Source: Oopsacas minuta
Taxonomy: Eukaryota; Animalia; Porifera
Length of the DNA stretch: 64,000 bases
Assembly: GCA_024704765.1 (NCBI GenBank)
Contig: JAKMXF010000350.1
Location: 62,001 to 126,000 of the forward strand
Direction of reading: 5' to 3'
Made by a program: the position numbers and the translations under genes. The notes under the pieces are model-generated. The model did not search any database and had not been told where the DNA came from. It was given only the letters and a program-made list of their open reading frames with translations. Every line of letters begins with the position of its first letter. The stretch's first letter is position 1. Positions 1 to 12,354 of the stretch are shown here, in pieces.

Positions 1-875
1 TATAATTAGAGCAGGGCATCTCTGGCCAACGGGGCATGCCCTGGGGCACGAGATTTTGCCAGGGGGGGCTTTGCCCTCTACGCCCCCCGTGGCATCATAA
101 CCGATTTACATTTCGTTTCATGCACATTACAGAATCACAATAATGAACTTTGTTATATTTCCCTATTAACTAATATTCAAAGAAATAGAATAGTCAAAGT
201 TCAGCTAATTCGTATATTTTTGTTAATATAAACTGACTATGGATAGACAACTAGAATTGATTCACTATGTTATATTCATGGTTCTGATCGATGAGTTCAG
301 ATCGTTTACGCATTATATAGTATATTAGATGAATAATGGGCGATACCATATCCCACCGACAAAACTACCAAACCAGCCAACTAATTAGCGCCAGCTAATC
401 CGGTGTATTAAACAGGTGCGGGGGTAATAATTATTAAACATTAAAGTGGCTTAACTCCCTCATATACAGGAAGATTTTCCGACTGTCCTGTTTGTGAGAC
501 AATCAGTTTTACGGATTTAAAATGAATGTTTTTTCCGGTCGAAACGTTCCAATAAGCAGAGTCCTCCCACTTTTCATTAACCAGATTAGCCAATATACAC
601 CTACCATTCTCTACTAAGTCTACTGTAGCTGTATATTCGCTCTAGTTGTTATGCGTATTTAGGAAATTATCTTATTAACAATTCAATAAACATCCTTAAA
701 TTAAATAATCAAACATTTCAAAATGTATTCAATTGTATGCAGCCCTTTTGTGTTAAATAATCTATGAAATAGAATGTGTAACTGCTCTTTATACATAAAT
801 TTAGTTAATTCCATCTGTGAATTCAGTCATCTCTACAGCCCAGCAGAGTGTGTTATAAAATTTTCCTAAATGACA

Positions 876-1421
876 CTATGGCGCGCGTCTCTTAGTCTGT
901 GTGGCGATCCACTCTAGACCGTTGTATAACCCCTCCCCCGTGAGAGCGCAGCAGCTCTGAATGTGCCATATACGGTCCTTGAGAGAGGTGAGGTTGAGAT
1001 ACTTTGATATTTCTGTAGCACTCATAGCATCAGAGAGATCCTGTTTGTTAGCGAATACAAGAAGTCTAGCTTTCTTCAGTTCTTCATTCTGTATCATGCT
1101 GTGTAGTTCTTCCTTCGTTACAGGCAGTCTCTCCCTGTCTGTGCTGTCCACTACCAGAATTATTATTTCAGCATTAGAGTAGTATGATCCCCACGAGGAC
1201 CGGATAGCATCCTGTCCCCCGATATCCCACATTATGAATTTAGTATTATTCCATAGAATCTCCTCTACATTGCTGCCTATTGTGGGAGATGTGTGTACTA
1301 CTTCATTTGTGAGGAATTGGTATAAGATGGTTGTCTTTCCAGCATTATCTAGTCCCACTATAATAACTTTATGATTCTCATTACCGAATAGACTCCAAAG
1401 CTTGCTCCATAACAATCCCAT
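876..1421 (-). CDS. ARL5: ADP-ribosylation factor-like GTPase 5 (single exon, 181 aa)
   Basis: MGLLWSKLW myristoylation-type N-terminus at ATG 1421, P-loop [21 protein letters not shown]5-like [15 protein letters not shown]. The 23 extra N-terminal residues in the ORF track are probably not translated. Confidence 0.88.
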   Translation of the reverse strand: MGLLWSKLWSLFGNENHKVIIVGLDNAGKTTILYQFLTNEVVHTSPTIGSNVEEILWNNTKFIMWDIGGQDAIRSSWGSYYSNAEIIILVVDSTDRERLPVTKEELHSMIQNEELKKARLLVFANKQDLSDAMSATEISKYLNLTSLKDRIWHIQSCCALTGEGLYNGLEWIATQTKRRAP

Positions 1422-2305
1422 ATCTTGAATATCTATTGTGTTACTATGATTAATAAACAAATAAATAATTAATACAAACGATGATACCATACCTAGTGTT
1501 AAAATTGTTGCAATACGTATTATAACAGATACAAAACCAAGTAATACGAATAAATAAATCTATGAGATTGTCATCAAGTTATATTTAATTTATAATCCTA
1601 ATTACAGACACAACACTAGCCTCATTATATATTTACAATAAATATTATGTATTCTATATTATACAAATGTCTAAATTCAAATTGTGATCAAGAAAGTTTG
1701 AATAGAAGTTATAGAGATAATTCTTAAATAAGTGATAATTCTGCATGTAACCTGCAGCACCACAGGGTTGAGCACAGGGGCGGTCCCAGGATTTTGCATA
1801 GACCGAGGTAAGGCCGAAGCAAAGATTTCAAACCCGGAGAAAAATCTTATTATATAATGGGCAGTGGTGGCCTGAGGATCTGGTAAAACCGGGGCAAATC
1901 TCTCTCATACAGGGACATAACTAAACCCGCATTAACTGGTGCGACAGCAAAGAAGCGGGATTAGCTATATTAGTACGGTAATATAAGTAGTGTATGAAAA
2001 TTGGTGGCACAACATTAATTTCCCCTCTGCTTACTTATCTGCTGTCATATATATAATTGATAATTCGTAATAAAATAAACATTTGTGCTTGTGCATTAGT
2101 AATATTGATTACACATGTTAATTAATTATAGATCTTAAATATATTTGCAATAATGTACTCAATTATTATTATACTATTTCCTGGGAATACTTCCTCCCTC
2201 ATTAATTAATACCCCAATCAACAAAGAATGTTACAATATATGGATTATATGCGAATACGTATTTTTTTGCATTCCTAAATACATACGTATACTATTTCCC
2301 TACAG

Positions 2306-2925
2306 ATCCATACATCTGGTGAAGAGGATGTACTAGAGGGGAGGAAACAAGTACAACACTCTATTCCTAAAGATGGACCACTTAAGTTTTCTATTCAAGG
2401 AGGAACAGATACGGTACATGGTGGTAGAGTATTAATCTCACATATCCAGGAGGGAGGAGTAGCTCATAAGTAAGATATGTTCCTTGTAATTAAATAATTA
2501 TATGATTACTGTCAAATTCACAGAATGTAGGCTTAAATATATATCGTATTTCGCTGAATTTGAATAAGCGCCTCCCAAAGTAGTGGAAAAAATTGTTATT
2601 CTAAATATCACGAAAATTTTTAAACCTAAAACTCGCCACGAAAAACTAGCCCAGGGTCGCTTATTCAGGCCAATACGGTATGTATCATCTATGTCTGGAC
2701 ATGTATCCTTTCATGGAATAATTGCCCACTTTAGCGGAGTGACTTTATGCTATAATATTTCTTTAGATATGGACAAATACACGTAGGGGATCAGATTTTG
2801 AAAGTAGATGGAGAGAGTTTATTAGGAGTTACTCATGAACAAGCTGCTATGGCGATAAAAACAGCGATGGCTTCTAAATCCCCAACTCTCAATCTTCTGC
2901 TAGCTCAAATACCAGAAGGTCGTAC
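2306..2925 (+). CDS. two exons encoding a PDZ domain (gene incomplete, host unidentified)
   Basis: Exon 2306-2469 (acceptor tacag, donor gtaag) joins in frame to the exon starting 2767 (acceptor ctttag) to give PKDGPLKFSIQGG...VLISHIQEGGVAHKYGQIHVGDQILKVDGESLLGVTHEQAAMAIK. The second exon ends at 2918 or 2925 (two candidate donors). Confidence 0.75.
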
Positions 2926-4558
2926 GTAATTACACTTATTCCCGTTATAATAAAGTCAGATATAACGACGCCATGCTCAGGGAGTACTTCCATCTAATTG
3001 CATTACAAAAACTTCGTATATACCAAAATGGATATAACGAATTTCCGCTTATAACTATGTGATTTATAATATCCCATATAAGTATTTAGTTAGAATTTTA
3101 CTCCCACAGTCCAGCTACGTACAACATGCAGAGGTACGGAGCACTTTGTTATATTCGGGTTCACTGTACAGAGCCGGTATGGCAGGTTTGGCCATGGCCT
3201 GACCATTATTTATTGCCGAACCTAGAAAATCTGCATCCGTCGGGTCTGCTAAATCTAGAGCTAGGATATATTCTGATATATTACTGGATGTTGTAATTGT
3301 GTAGGTAAAGATGGCCAATCTTCCAACGTGCTTTCTCAGATATAAAGCAACTATGTATCACTTATAGAATTCCAGAATACTTACTACCCTAACATTATAT
3401 ATTTATATATTCTATTTTCACTTTTTAAAGATTTGCTTTTATATACACGTGGTCCTGACTAGAAATTACGCAAGATTGGTAACCAAGGAAGAGGTACTAG
3501 CAGAAATTGAAATACAGAATATCTGCGTCGCATACGTATGCAAATATCTACATTTGCTGATCTGAACCTATCTATTCTGAATAAACTAGGATTCATGAAA
3601 TTGTGAAAGGGATTCTGCAACTAATCGTCATAATATTAATAGTGAGCAAGATACGTATGTAAACTGACTGCGTAGTCATTTTAGAATCATTGATTGGGTC
3701 ATGAATTAAATCATGAACCACAAAGAAAGTAGTCAAAACACATCGAAGTGATATCGTAGTCCATCAGGATATAAGACGAGAATAATAGACTGATATACGA
3801 TCAATTAACTAAACAATTATATCTCTGGTAAAACACATTTGTTAGTTTAATAAATCAGATACACAATGAATTATTTCTCAACAGAAAACAGTCAACAAAT
3901 TAAGGTGGTTTGGTGGAGATATCACCAAAAATTATCTAATAACTCTTGCAGTGTATTAAATAAATTTGTGAGCGCAAACACAGAGAATTTATCTCGCGCG
4001 GCGTATATAGGGTAAATCTCTTATACCAGGTACACGCTTACCGAAACATTTGCTTGTAAGTATAGATTTTAACTCGTACTAGCAAGTGAGGTGGCATCGA
4101 AGATGAAAGTATGTCTCTGTTATTTCCCTAAATTGAAAGATTTTGAATTAATTTTGTCATTAACCCAACAATAAATCAATTGATCGCCTAACGGATAAAT
4201 TATCAAAGTCACTCTTACACAAAAATGTAATTAATTTCATCACTAGAGGGTGAATCTGTTAAACTATTTATAGTTCAACAAATTGTATTAATTTATGAAT
4301 TAGTGTTAGTGTTGGGTCTAGTAAATTAAATATCAGATTTCTCTTACTAATATTGTAGATGGTAATTATATACTATCAGGGTAAAGTTCAACATAAGGCG
4401 GGCTACTATTTCAAAGTATTGGGAGTTGCTTGAATTCTCAACCTCGTGTGATATAGTATTTGTGAGCTAATCAATACCCATCACCCCAGGAGTACTACAT
4501 AGGAATGTCAATAATTTCCAGTCTAAAAAGAATAGCATAACTATCTCCCTAACAACGG

Positions 4559-5872
4559 TTATACAATTTCCATATCTCCTGAAGAATTCTGGCTCTCAAC
4601 TTTATCAGGAACGATTAGAAATTTTCTAATAATAGGTGAAATGCTGTGATGTCTCTTTTTGTCTGTCAGTCTAGTTAATGCCTGTCTCTGATCAGCAGCC
4701 ATATCGTGACTGTATGTCTGTACTAATACAAGCAGACACTGATGCCATAACACAGGCAATGAGTGTTGATTTGTATCAAACCTGATGAAGTAATTCACGA
4801 GGCTATCTAACACACGATAAGGTAGACAGTATTGTTTGTTGATTAGTACTCTCATAAACACACTAACTGGTCCTGAGTAGTGAACGGTCTCTGCTAGCTT
4901 CATGAGACAGGCCCCGGAGTGTAGGACAGGAATACTGGTCTTGACAAGTAAGCTAGATATGATGCATGCTTCTCTCAGGGAGCAGCCCTCAGTAGTAGCC
5001 AGAGGAAGGAGGATTGATTTGAAGAAGGCTGCTGGTTTGAAAAGAGACTTCTTAAGTGCAGCATACAGATGGTAATTAAGCTTCCCAAACTCTGTGATAT
5101 CATCTCTAATCCTGGGTAGTAGCACTAGTCTATAGAAACGCTCTACTCGAGAAGGAACAGCATTAGAAGCGAAGAGACGAGTAGCTTGATACACAGTTGC
5201 TGCTGTCCAGTTATCAGGCTCTGTCAGTAGTAAAATCTCTTCCCATCTCTGTAGCCGGGGCAGTGCTTTGAATGCTTTAGGTATCTTCCCAGCTCTGTAC
5301 TCAGATAGAATAACACCAACCTTCTTGAACAGAGATACTACAGGTGCGTCTAGACTCAGACCTGTACTAGCACCTGACATATGAGATCTAACATCAGAGA
5401 GCTCCCCCCGCTTCTCCTTGAGAGCATGCTCAATCAGATCAGATATCTTATAGCGCCCTACTCCCTCAGCTGGTAGGAACTTATCTATAGAGTCAGCGTC
5501 CTGTTTACCTAACTCCTTCTCTAGGGTTCTAGCTTCTCTTACTGATTGTTCGTAGTTTTCATCTATGTCAGACCCTGAGTCTGATGATGTATCTGAATCA
5601 AGATTAGCTGTGTGTACGAGTGAAGGAGCAGGTAGTCTGTCAGGTGGGTGTGGGAGGTGTTCTTCCATTAGCTCCTGTTGCTGTTCACGAGCTAGTCTTA
5701 AGATCTTGCTAGACATAGAGGGAGCTACAGCTACTGGCTCTGCTGTATCACCTAGAGGGACAAGTTCTGGAGAAGGTGACTTTTTCTTTGCTCTGTCTGT
5801 ACTGAGGATCTGCTTGGTTAGTGTCTCTCTGCGCTCTTTGTAACTTCTCTTGATTTTCTTAGTTTTACCCAT
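4559..5872 (-). CDS. BYSL: bystin / Enp1 40S biogenesis factor (single exon, 437 aa)
   Basis: Bystin motifs GKIPKAFK, WEEILLLTEPDNWT, KLNYHLYAALKKSLFKPAAFFK, LPVLWHQCLL. Confidence 0.93.
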   Translation of the reverse strand: MGKTKKIKRSYKERRETLTKQILSTDRAKKKSPSPELVPLGDTAEPVAVAPSMSSKILRLAREQQQELMEEHLPHPPDRLPAPSLVHTANLDSDTSSDSGSDIDENYEQSVREARTLEKELGKQDADSIDKFLPAEGVGRYKISDLIEHALKEKRGELSDVRSHMSGASTGLSLDAPVVSLFKKVGVILSEYRAGKIPKAFKALPRLQRWEEILLLTEPDNWTAATVYQATRLFASNAVPSRVERFYRLVLLPRIRDDITEFGKLNYHLYAALKKSLFKPAAFFKSILLPLATTEGCSLREACIISSLLVKTSIPVLHSGACLMKLAETVHYSGPVSVFMRVLINKQYCLPYRVLDSLVNYFIRFDTNQHSLPVLWHQCLLVLVQTYSHDMAADQRQALTRLTDKKRHHSISPIIRKFLIVPDKVESQNSSGDMEIV

Positions 5873-7629
5873 CTTATAATTCTAAGAATTCTACTGATTG
5901 CATACAAATTATAATTTAGCATCTATCCATGAGTACAGGTGGGTCCTAACAATTAATTAATTAAACTCCCAATTGACAAATATTCCTAAAGCTTAACGGT
6001 GCAGGACACCAATTCAAAGTTTGCTGAAAGTTGTTTTTCTGGCAAGATGGCACCAAAAGCAACCTTTTTGCTTTTAGACCTAAGCGATCAGACTCATGGT
6101 TTCGAGATTCAGTAGAATCTTGTTATGCGTACACCAGCGGACCTTCGATATTTGTACTTCCTATCCGGAGTACGTATTAAGCGTATTAATCGGAGTAATG
6201 CAGGGACTAGATTTTGTGTACATATTTTGTTCGTATTAAAAGTGTAATCATACTAACAAGGTTCTATAATGTGGCAAAGATTTCGCCTAGTTAGGGACTC
6301 AGGGTCTGTGCTAGCTATAAAACAGTTTATAAGAGGTCCAATCTTCTAGAACTGTAGTGTTAAGTGTGACTTTAAGGTAACCCGTAACAGAGCAGCTGTT
6401 AATAACATGTTTCATAGACCCGAACCTATAACTTTCCTTATGCTGGTCATCATACCGTTTTTACGGTTTATTGCAAAATATAGACAAGTGAGGAAAATAG
6501 TTTCGATGAAAATATTGCCCTGACATAACATTGAGTAGTAAATTAAAATAATTTTCAAGAATAATTCGAATTTTTAAAATTTCATAATACAAGCTATCGC
6601 TACAAATGCTGATCACTTGGGGTGTATGATGTTTCAGCCCATAAAGTCACAGGTAATGATGCATCTGGATATTTGAGCGATTGGTTTTCATAACCATTAC
6701 GAATTTCATTATCTAGTGACATTTTCATAGGTAAATTACTTTGATTAGAGGTGAGGAATTTGATAGTTTGCATGTTGTACGTAGTAAAATAGCTATTTCT
6801 ATGCACTGGCGTAGTCAGGGCTAATATTTTGGTATGGTCACTGGTGGTCAAGGTTAGAATTCTTCCACACTCATCGTAAATTTAATGTTACAATATTCGA
6901 ACAAACACGTCTGAAGGAAGTTTCTGATAGTGGAACTAGTTCAGTAAATGGGACCCTATACCCTAGTAGAACTGTACAAGTAAAATACGAGAATAAATCG
7001 ATATATCATCCAGGGGTATAGCTACTGGCGGGGGAACTTTGGAGCCCTGCATTTACATTTTTCGGGGTCGCGGCCCCCCTTAAACTAACCCTGATGGATT
7101 TTATTTCGGATTTTAGCAATGGTGGATCTAGACAGTTTCCAAACCTCCTTTGGCTACCGAATGGAGTGAAGTTCCCTATCAGCAACTTGCTTTTAGGTTT
7201 ATCACTTGAATTACAGACTTGTACTTCTCCCTGTCTCCCAGATTTCAAAGCCACATGGCGCAGAGTCTAGACTCTAGAACATCTCTTCATAACACCCCTT
7301 AGATATTAAGTGAAATATTTAACTACAAAGCATTGGAAGCAATTACAACTGATTCTGGTTAACCTTAACACCACTAAGGGACCGTTAAATTAGTGATATA
7401 CAGTAATTATAGAATTACATATCAATACACAGTTTTAATATATGAGTACTATAATATCGAAATCTACATACATTTAGTAATTTCTAATTATGAAAATAAT
7501 TTCGTAACAAACTAATAGAAATCTACCAAAATTAGACAATCTGTTGACTATATGACCTAAAGGGGCTAATACAGAGATATAATTAATTAACACACAAACC
7601 ACACTGAGTGTTCTAGCTATATGAGGAGT

Positions 7630-10197
7630 CTATGCGTCTTCAGGGGCGTGCAGTGCTGGAGCACCGCCGACTAGGCCTTGAGCTGTGTTGAAGAGATTTA
7701 TAGGGTTAGTACCGTCTGTAATGAGGGTGGATTTCAGGCCGAGGGACTGTAGCAACTTAACCTGCATCTCTGGTCCCGATACAGCAATCGCACGGATAGT
7801 ATCAGATCCTATTGCTCCTACCATATTCTTGAACTTGTCTGTCTCAATCGCTGCCATATCTCTAGCCTTGGTAATCTCTAGTTCGTTCTGCTCCTTCACC
7901 CACTTGGCGTCAGCTTCTCGTTCCTGTGTGAGTCTGTTTAGTTCGGACTCATGCTCGATGTTAGAAGCCTGAGCCTTGAGTCTAGCCTGTTCTACTGAAG
8001 CTTCTCCCTCTATCCTAGCAGATTCTGCTCGAGACTGAGCCTCAGCCTTAGCTTGTCCTGTAGACTCTACAGCAGCACTCTGAGCTTGTAGCTCCAACAG
8101 TTCCCTTCTTGACTTCTCAGCCTCAGACTCATCAGTGATCTTCTGACGCTCCAGTCTACCTCTGGCCTCCTGCTCTACACGCTCTGCTTCATGCTTAGCT
8201 GCTGCTTCCTGAGAGTTAGTAGTGATCTCTATAGCCAGCTGTACTGACTTCTGTAGCGAATCCTTTGTACGCTGATCTACTGGCTCTACTGACTGGATAT
8301 CAATAGAGGTGATTACGAGCTGATTCTGAGGGAAGTTGAACTTCTCACGCACTTTCATGTTAGCATCTAGACCGAATACAGATGACCTAATAATCTTAGC
8401 AGAGTTCTTATGGAAATCATCGAACTGTACCCCCGCTACATTTCCTCGGATACGAGAGGCTATAGCTTTACAAGCATCCCCTACGAAATCTGGCACTGAG
8501 AATAAATTAGCAGCTTCTACAGGGTCCGCCTTGTCCTCTACTTCAAATCTCCAATTATATGCTAGTTGTAGTTGTAGACGAGCGTGATCAGCTGTTTCGA
8601 TTACAATGACGTCAGTACAGAAATCGGGTCCCAGCAATAGACACAGAGATTTGATTACATTAGGCTTCTTAGGCTTTCCTCCTGACAGGGATAGCTGAGT
8701 AAACTGTTCGTCTGGTCCCAGCATCACCAGATCAGGACCGAATATGACACGGGCTCGCTTCTCCTTATAGTCATAGATCTGTACACATGCGTTATGAGGT
8801 ACACGATAGGCTACCACTTTAGTCTTGTCACGCTTAGTGGTGGGTGCAGTGGGCTTGTCACCACGGTTAGCTAAAGGGTCTCTATGCTCAGAGAGTAGAC
8901 CCTCAACACCTGGGGGCAGTTCCTTCGACCACATCTCCTCGTCTTGATCCATCATGTAGGTCTGACCACAGACAGCTCGTACTTTACCAGTCTTAATGTT
9001 CCGCACATATATTCCCTCATTCTCATCTAGAGGGATAGCCTTACGTCTGGATACAACCTCAACCTCTACACAGGGTACGTACTCAGCTGGACCACGGATC
9101 ATCCATCTGTCTCCTGGTCTCCTCAATACCTCTGCTTCAGCATCTTGGAATATTTCTAGTGCTCTAAGGATCAACCCCTCATCTTCGCCCAGGATATACA
9201 TGTTCTGTATTCCTTTCTCTAGTCTCTCACCTGGCTCCAGGAAGAAGGACTTCTCTCCCTTTACTAGTTTGCGCTGTCCCAGTTGAGGCTTCCCATTCTC
9301 CCCTACAGGATCTAGAATCACACAGTACTGCCTACTAGTTAGTGTAGTGATGTCTACTACACCCACAACCTCCTCATACACCCCTGGGATGTGTGCTTCT
9401 GTATCCTCCATACGGATAAGCCATTCCTCTCCGTTCTTACGTGTCACACCCTTATCGTCCTCAAATGTGCGGGTAGATCGCATATGTAGAGCTACTTTCT
9501 CAGTCAGGACGTATGCATCTACGATTTCAACTACTTCCTCATTAGCTACAGGCAGATAAGCTCCTATCTTCTTCACCAACCATTCTTCCCCTGTAACGCG
9601 GAAATGACCCCCTCTGTCGTCAGTCTCCCTGCGAGCTCTCAGCTTCAGAGCTTGATTGGGTTTGATAACTGTCGCACGGATGGTTTCCTCGATCTCAACC
9701 TCCTTCTTGGGTATGTAAGTACCAGGACCCTCAAACAACCACTCATCTCCAGCAACTCTCTTCTTGCTCTGTTCCTCATCCACGAAATCTAGTGTAGCAC
9801 GTAGACGTAGCGCAGTGTTAGCCTGTACTACTCTCAGTGTAGTAACGCCCCCTTTCAAACCTTCTCCCGGGTATAGAGGGAAAGGATCCTGAGCCAATCG
9901 TACCTCTAAGTCAGCATGATACAATTTTATCTCTCCGCTCTTGTCTGTCATTACGTTACCCTTATCGTCACGCATCACGGGGTTCTCTACGATACAGTAG
10001 TGTCTGGGAGGTACCATTATCATCTTCTCAGGGCCTAATATGACCTTCTCATTGTCCTGTCGAACGTATGTGAGCGGACCGGTTACAACTCGTGTTACGT
10101 TAGTGTTGTAGTCCAGAACATGGAGGTAGTAGTTGGGAGGAATACGGAAGATACTCTCTCCGTCTCCATCAGCACGACGAGGGGGAGCTCGGGACAT
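7630..10197 (-). CDS. MVP: major vault protein (single exon, 855 aa)
   Basis: MVP repeats ([34 protein letters not shown]), shoulder domain ([33 protein letters not shown]), cap helix ([17 protein letters not shown]), LITDG near the C-terminus. Confidence 0.97.
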   Translation of the reverse strand: MSRAPPRRADGDGESIFRIPPNYYLHVLDYNTNVTRVVTGPLTYVRQDNEKVILGPEKMIMVPPRHYCIVENPVMRDDKGNVMTDKSGEIKLYHADLEVRLAQDPFPLYPGEGLKGGVTTLRVVQANTALRLRATLDFVDEEQSKKRVAGDEWLFEGPGTYIPKKEVEIEETIRATVIKPNQALKLRARRETDDRGGHFRVTGEEWLVKKIGAYLPVANEEVVEIVDAYVLTEKVALHMRSTRTFEDDKGVTRKNGEEWLIRMEDTEAHIPGVYEEVVGVVDITTLTSRQYCVILDPVGENGKPQLGQRKLVKGEKSFFLEPGERLEKGIQNMYILGEDEGLILRALEIFQDAEAEVLRRPGDRWMIRGPAEYVPCVEVEVVSRRKAIPLDENEGIYVRNIKTGKVRAVCGQTYMMDQDEEMWSKELPPGVEGLLSEHRDPLANRGDKPTAPTTKRDKTKVVAYRVPHNACVQIYDYKEKRARVIFGPDLVMLGPDEQFTQLSLSGGKPKKPNVIKSLCLLLGPDFCTDVIVIETADHARLQLQLAYNWRFEVEDKADPVEAANLFSVPDFVGDACKAIASRIRGNVAGVQFDDFHKNSAKIIRSSVFGLDANMKVREKFNFPQNQLVITSIDIQSVEPVDQRTKDSLQKSVQLAIEITTNSQEAAAKHEAERVEQEARGRLERQKITDESEAEKSRRELLELQAQSAAVESTGQAKAEAQSRAESARIEGEASVEQARLKAQASNIEHESELNRLTQEREADAKWVKEQNELEITKARDMAAIETDKFKNMVGAIGSDTIRAIAVSGPEMQVKLLQSLGLKSTLITDGTNPINLFNTAQGLVGGAPALHAPEDA

Positions 10198-10243
10198 ATT
10201 CTAACTTTTGAATATCTATAGAATAAGATTATTATAAACAGTA

Positions 10244-10316
10244 CAGTAAACTCACGTTATATCGAAGTACAAGGGACCGCGATAATTACTTCGATAGATG
10301 CCGAGTTAGATATAAC
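10244..10316. mobile_element. fragment of a TA/CAGT-type (pogo/Tc1-like) MITE
   Basis: Begins ta-CAGTAAACTCACGTTATATCGAAG. Its reverse complement matches the internal part of the element at 11580-11731 (TATCGAAGTAATTATC...CTTCGATA). Confidence 0.45.
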
Positions 10317-11579
10317 CAATAAGCTTAGGTTTGGGCGCTTGGGACCATATATTTGTACAATTTCACATTTAAACAGGGTTCAAGTTATCCGGTTCGATCA
10401 ACGGAGGATATAACTAGGCATAAATACAGCACAAAGCTGTAAGAAATAGAAACACTACCTATATCAACTTGAAAGTTTTCCTAAATTGTATAATAGAATA
10501 ATTACCTGGAAAATTGTAGTTGGGAATAGTTTCGGAAGAAAAAGCAAATGAACTAATAAATGTAATCAGACTATAAAGTTGAACTATAAATACTCGGGAA
10601 GATGAGACTAATTTTAGGTTCAATCACAAAGTATCAAATAGCTAGGAATATTCTAGTTCATTATATGTCATAGAAGTTCGTATCAGTTACAAATGAGTTA
10701 GAAGAACTAAAATTAAACTGTGAATGAGAAGAGGCTGCTTTTAGAATTGTGGTACGAAGCAGAAATAATGTAATCGAGAACTCATTTTATTTTCTTGAGC
10801 TAAAATTAGCAATAAAACTATTACACAAACATCTAATTTCCTGGTCCTGTTTTCATAATATTCCTAGATAGTGGATTATTATGGATCTCTCCCAGTTATT
10901 GCAATCTAAGGCGCTCTTTAAGCCAATTATACACGATGCAACAAAGTTGCATTCAAAAATTAACATACACGATGTATGTTGGGCTTTACAAATAGAGATT
11001 AGAGGTGAGTAAGTACTTGCGGTTAAGTTAGTTCTTTGCTTATTGGGGATAGATCTAAATAGATTTAGGATAATTATATAATATAATACTCTATTGTAAC
11101 TATGCAGTGCTCCCATAGGCTCCTAATAGAAATAATGTATTTGAATACATTGTGTAAGTGTGTAAGAGGCCATAAAAAATCATAATTCATATGGGAATCC
11201 TACGGGATATCTTGGAGAATTCCAATAGAAATTCTTGCCTGTCAAAGAAGGCAGCATTTTGACATTTGATATTCGACGGTTTGTATATTAATATGAGGGG
11301 CTTTGTATATGAATTATACTTTGCATACGTCTTAATATTCGTTACTCTAGTAAAATAGCTTGGCAAAACTCGGTTGTTTTACACATTATAAATTGAAAAT
11401 ACTAAAATTACTTAAATATCCTCCTAAGAAACCTAAAAAACCTCAAGTTTTACTTAACCACCATCTACTACCCTCCTAGGGTAACTAATCCTAAATATTT
11501 GTGAAACGAAATATCAACACAAACCAAATAACATCTCATCAACTCTTTACCTTGGTAGCAGACACTGTTAATAAAAATA

Positions 11580-11731
11580 CGGTCAACTCCCGTTAAATCG
11601 AACACGAATATATCGAAATACCCGCTTATTGTACGAATAAGGTCACAAACCTTTACATTTCATTGGTTATATCGAAGTAATTATCCCAGTACCTTGAGCT
11701 TCGATAATAACGATATAACGGGCGTTGATTG
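11580..11731. mobile_element. degenerate MITE, same family as 10244-10316
   Basis: Imperfect inverted ends CGGTCAACTCCCGTTAAATCG / CAATCAACGCCCGTTATATCG. Confidence 0.5.
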
Positions 11732-12354
11732 AAAGTCACAGCAATACATCATTATGACAATATCATGTACTTAACTATCTATTCATCATTAATAGCGTGT
11801 AACTTTACACAAATCTTCGTATAAATTAATTAATTCTGATAACAACCAATTTCTTAGAAATCTGACTCTCTCAGTAATTCAATTGCAAATGAAATATTAG
11901 CTTTATACAGTTTTGTAAAATAACAATTACGTAATAGATACACACTCTGGTTAATTTTGACCATGTGGAGTCATTTTAAAACAATAATATATACCTGCAG
12001 ATGTTTTGTTCGGATTAGCGAGAGTTTGAATTAAAGAGATGAGGTGTAAGCACTACTGACCCTAACATTGTCTTGAATACGTTAATTGTTATGGTAAACC
12101 TCACGATCATATATTGAATGGTTTAGAATTCATGATTACAAAAGTTGAAATTGCAATGGATATGAACCATCTCCTTACACCCCATTCACCCCCGCCCCGC
12201 CCCCTAGTTACGCCCCTACTATGGTTATACGTACTATGGCTAAGAAGTTGAATATCTACCCTAAAATTCTATTTTATTTACGTTATTAAGTATAAATAAC
12301 AACAAATATACATCTAATAAGTAATTGTAACACTACAAAGTCGTAGAATCGCTG

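Noticed and set aside
3115-3318. 67-aa minus-strand ORF and nearby candidate plus-strand exons (3110-3655)
   Set aside because: The composition is coding-like, but no motif was recognised and no phase-consistent splice chain could be built.
10200-10460. Vault RNA or other Pol III gene near MVP (GGTTCGATC at about 10400)
   Set aside because: No convincing A box, terminal stem or T-run terminator could be matched to it.
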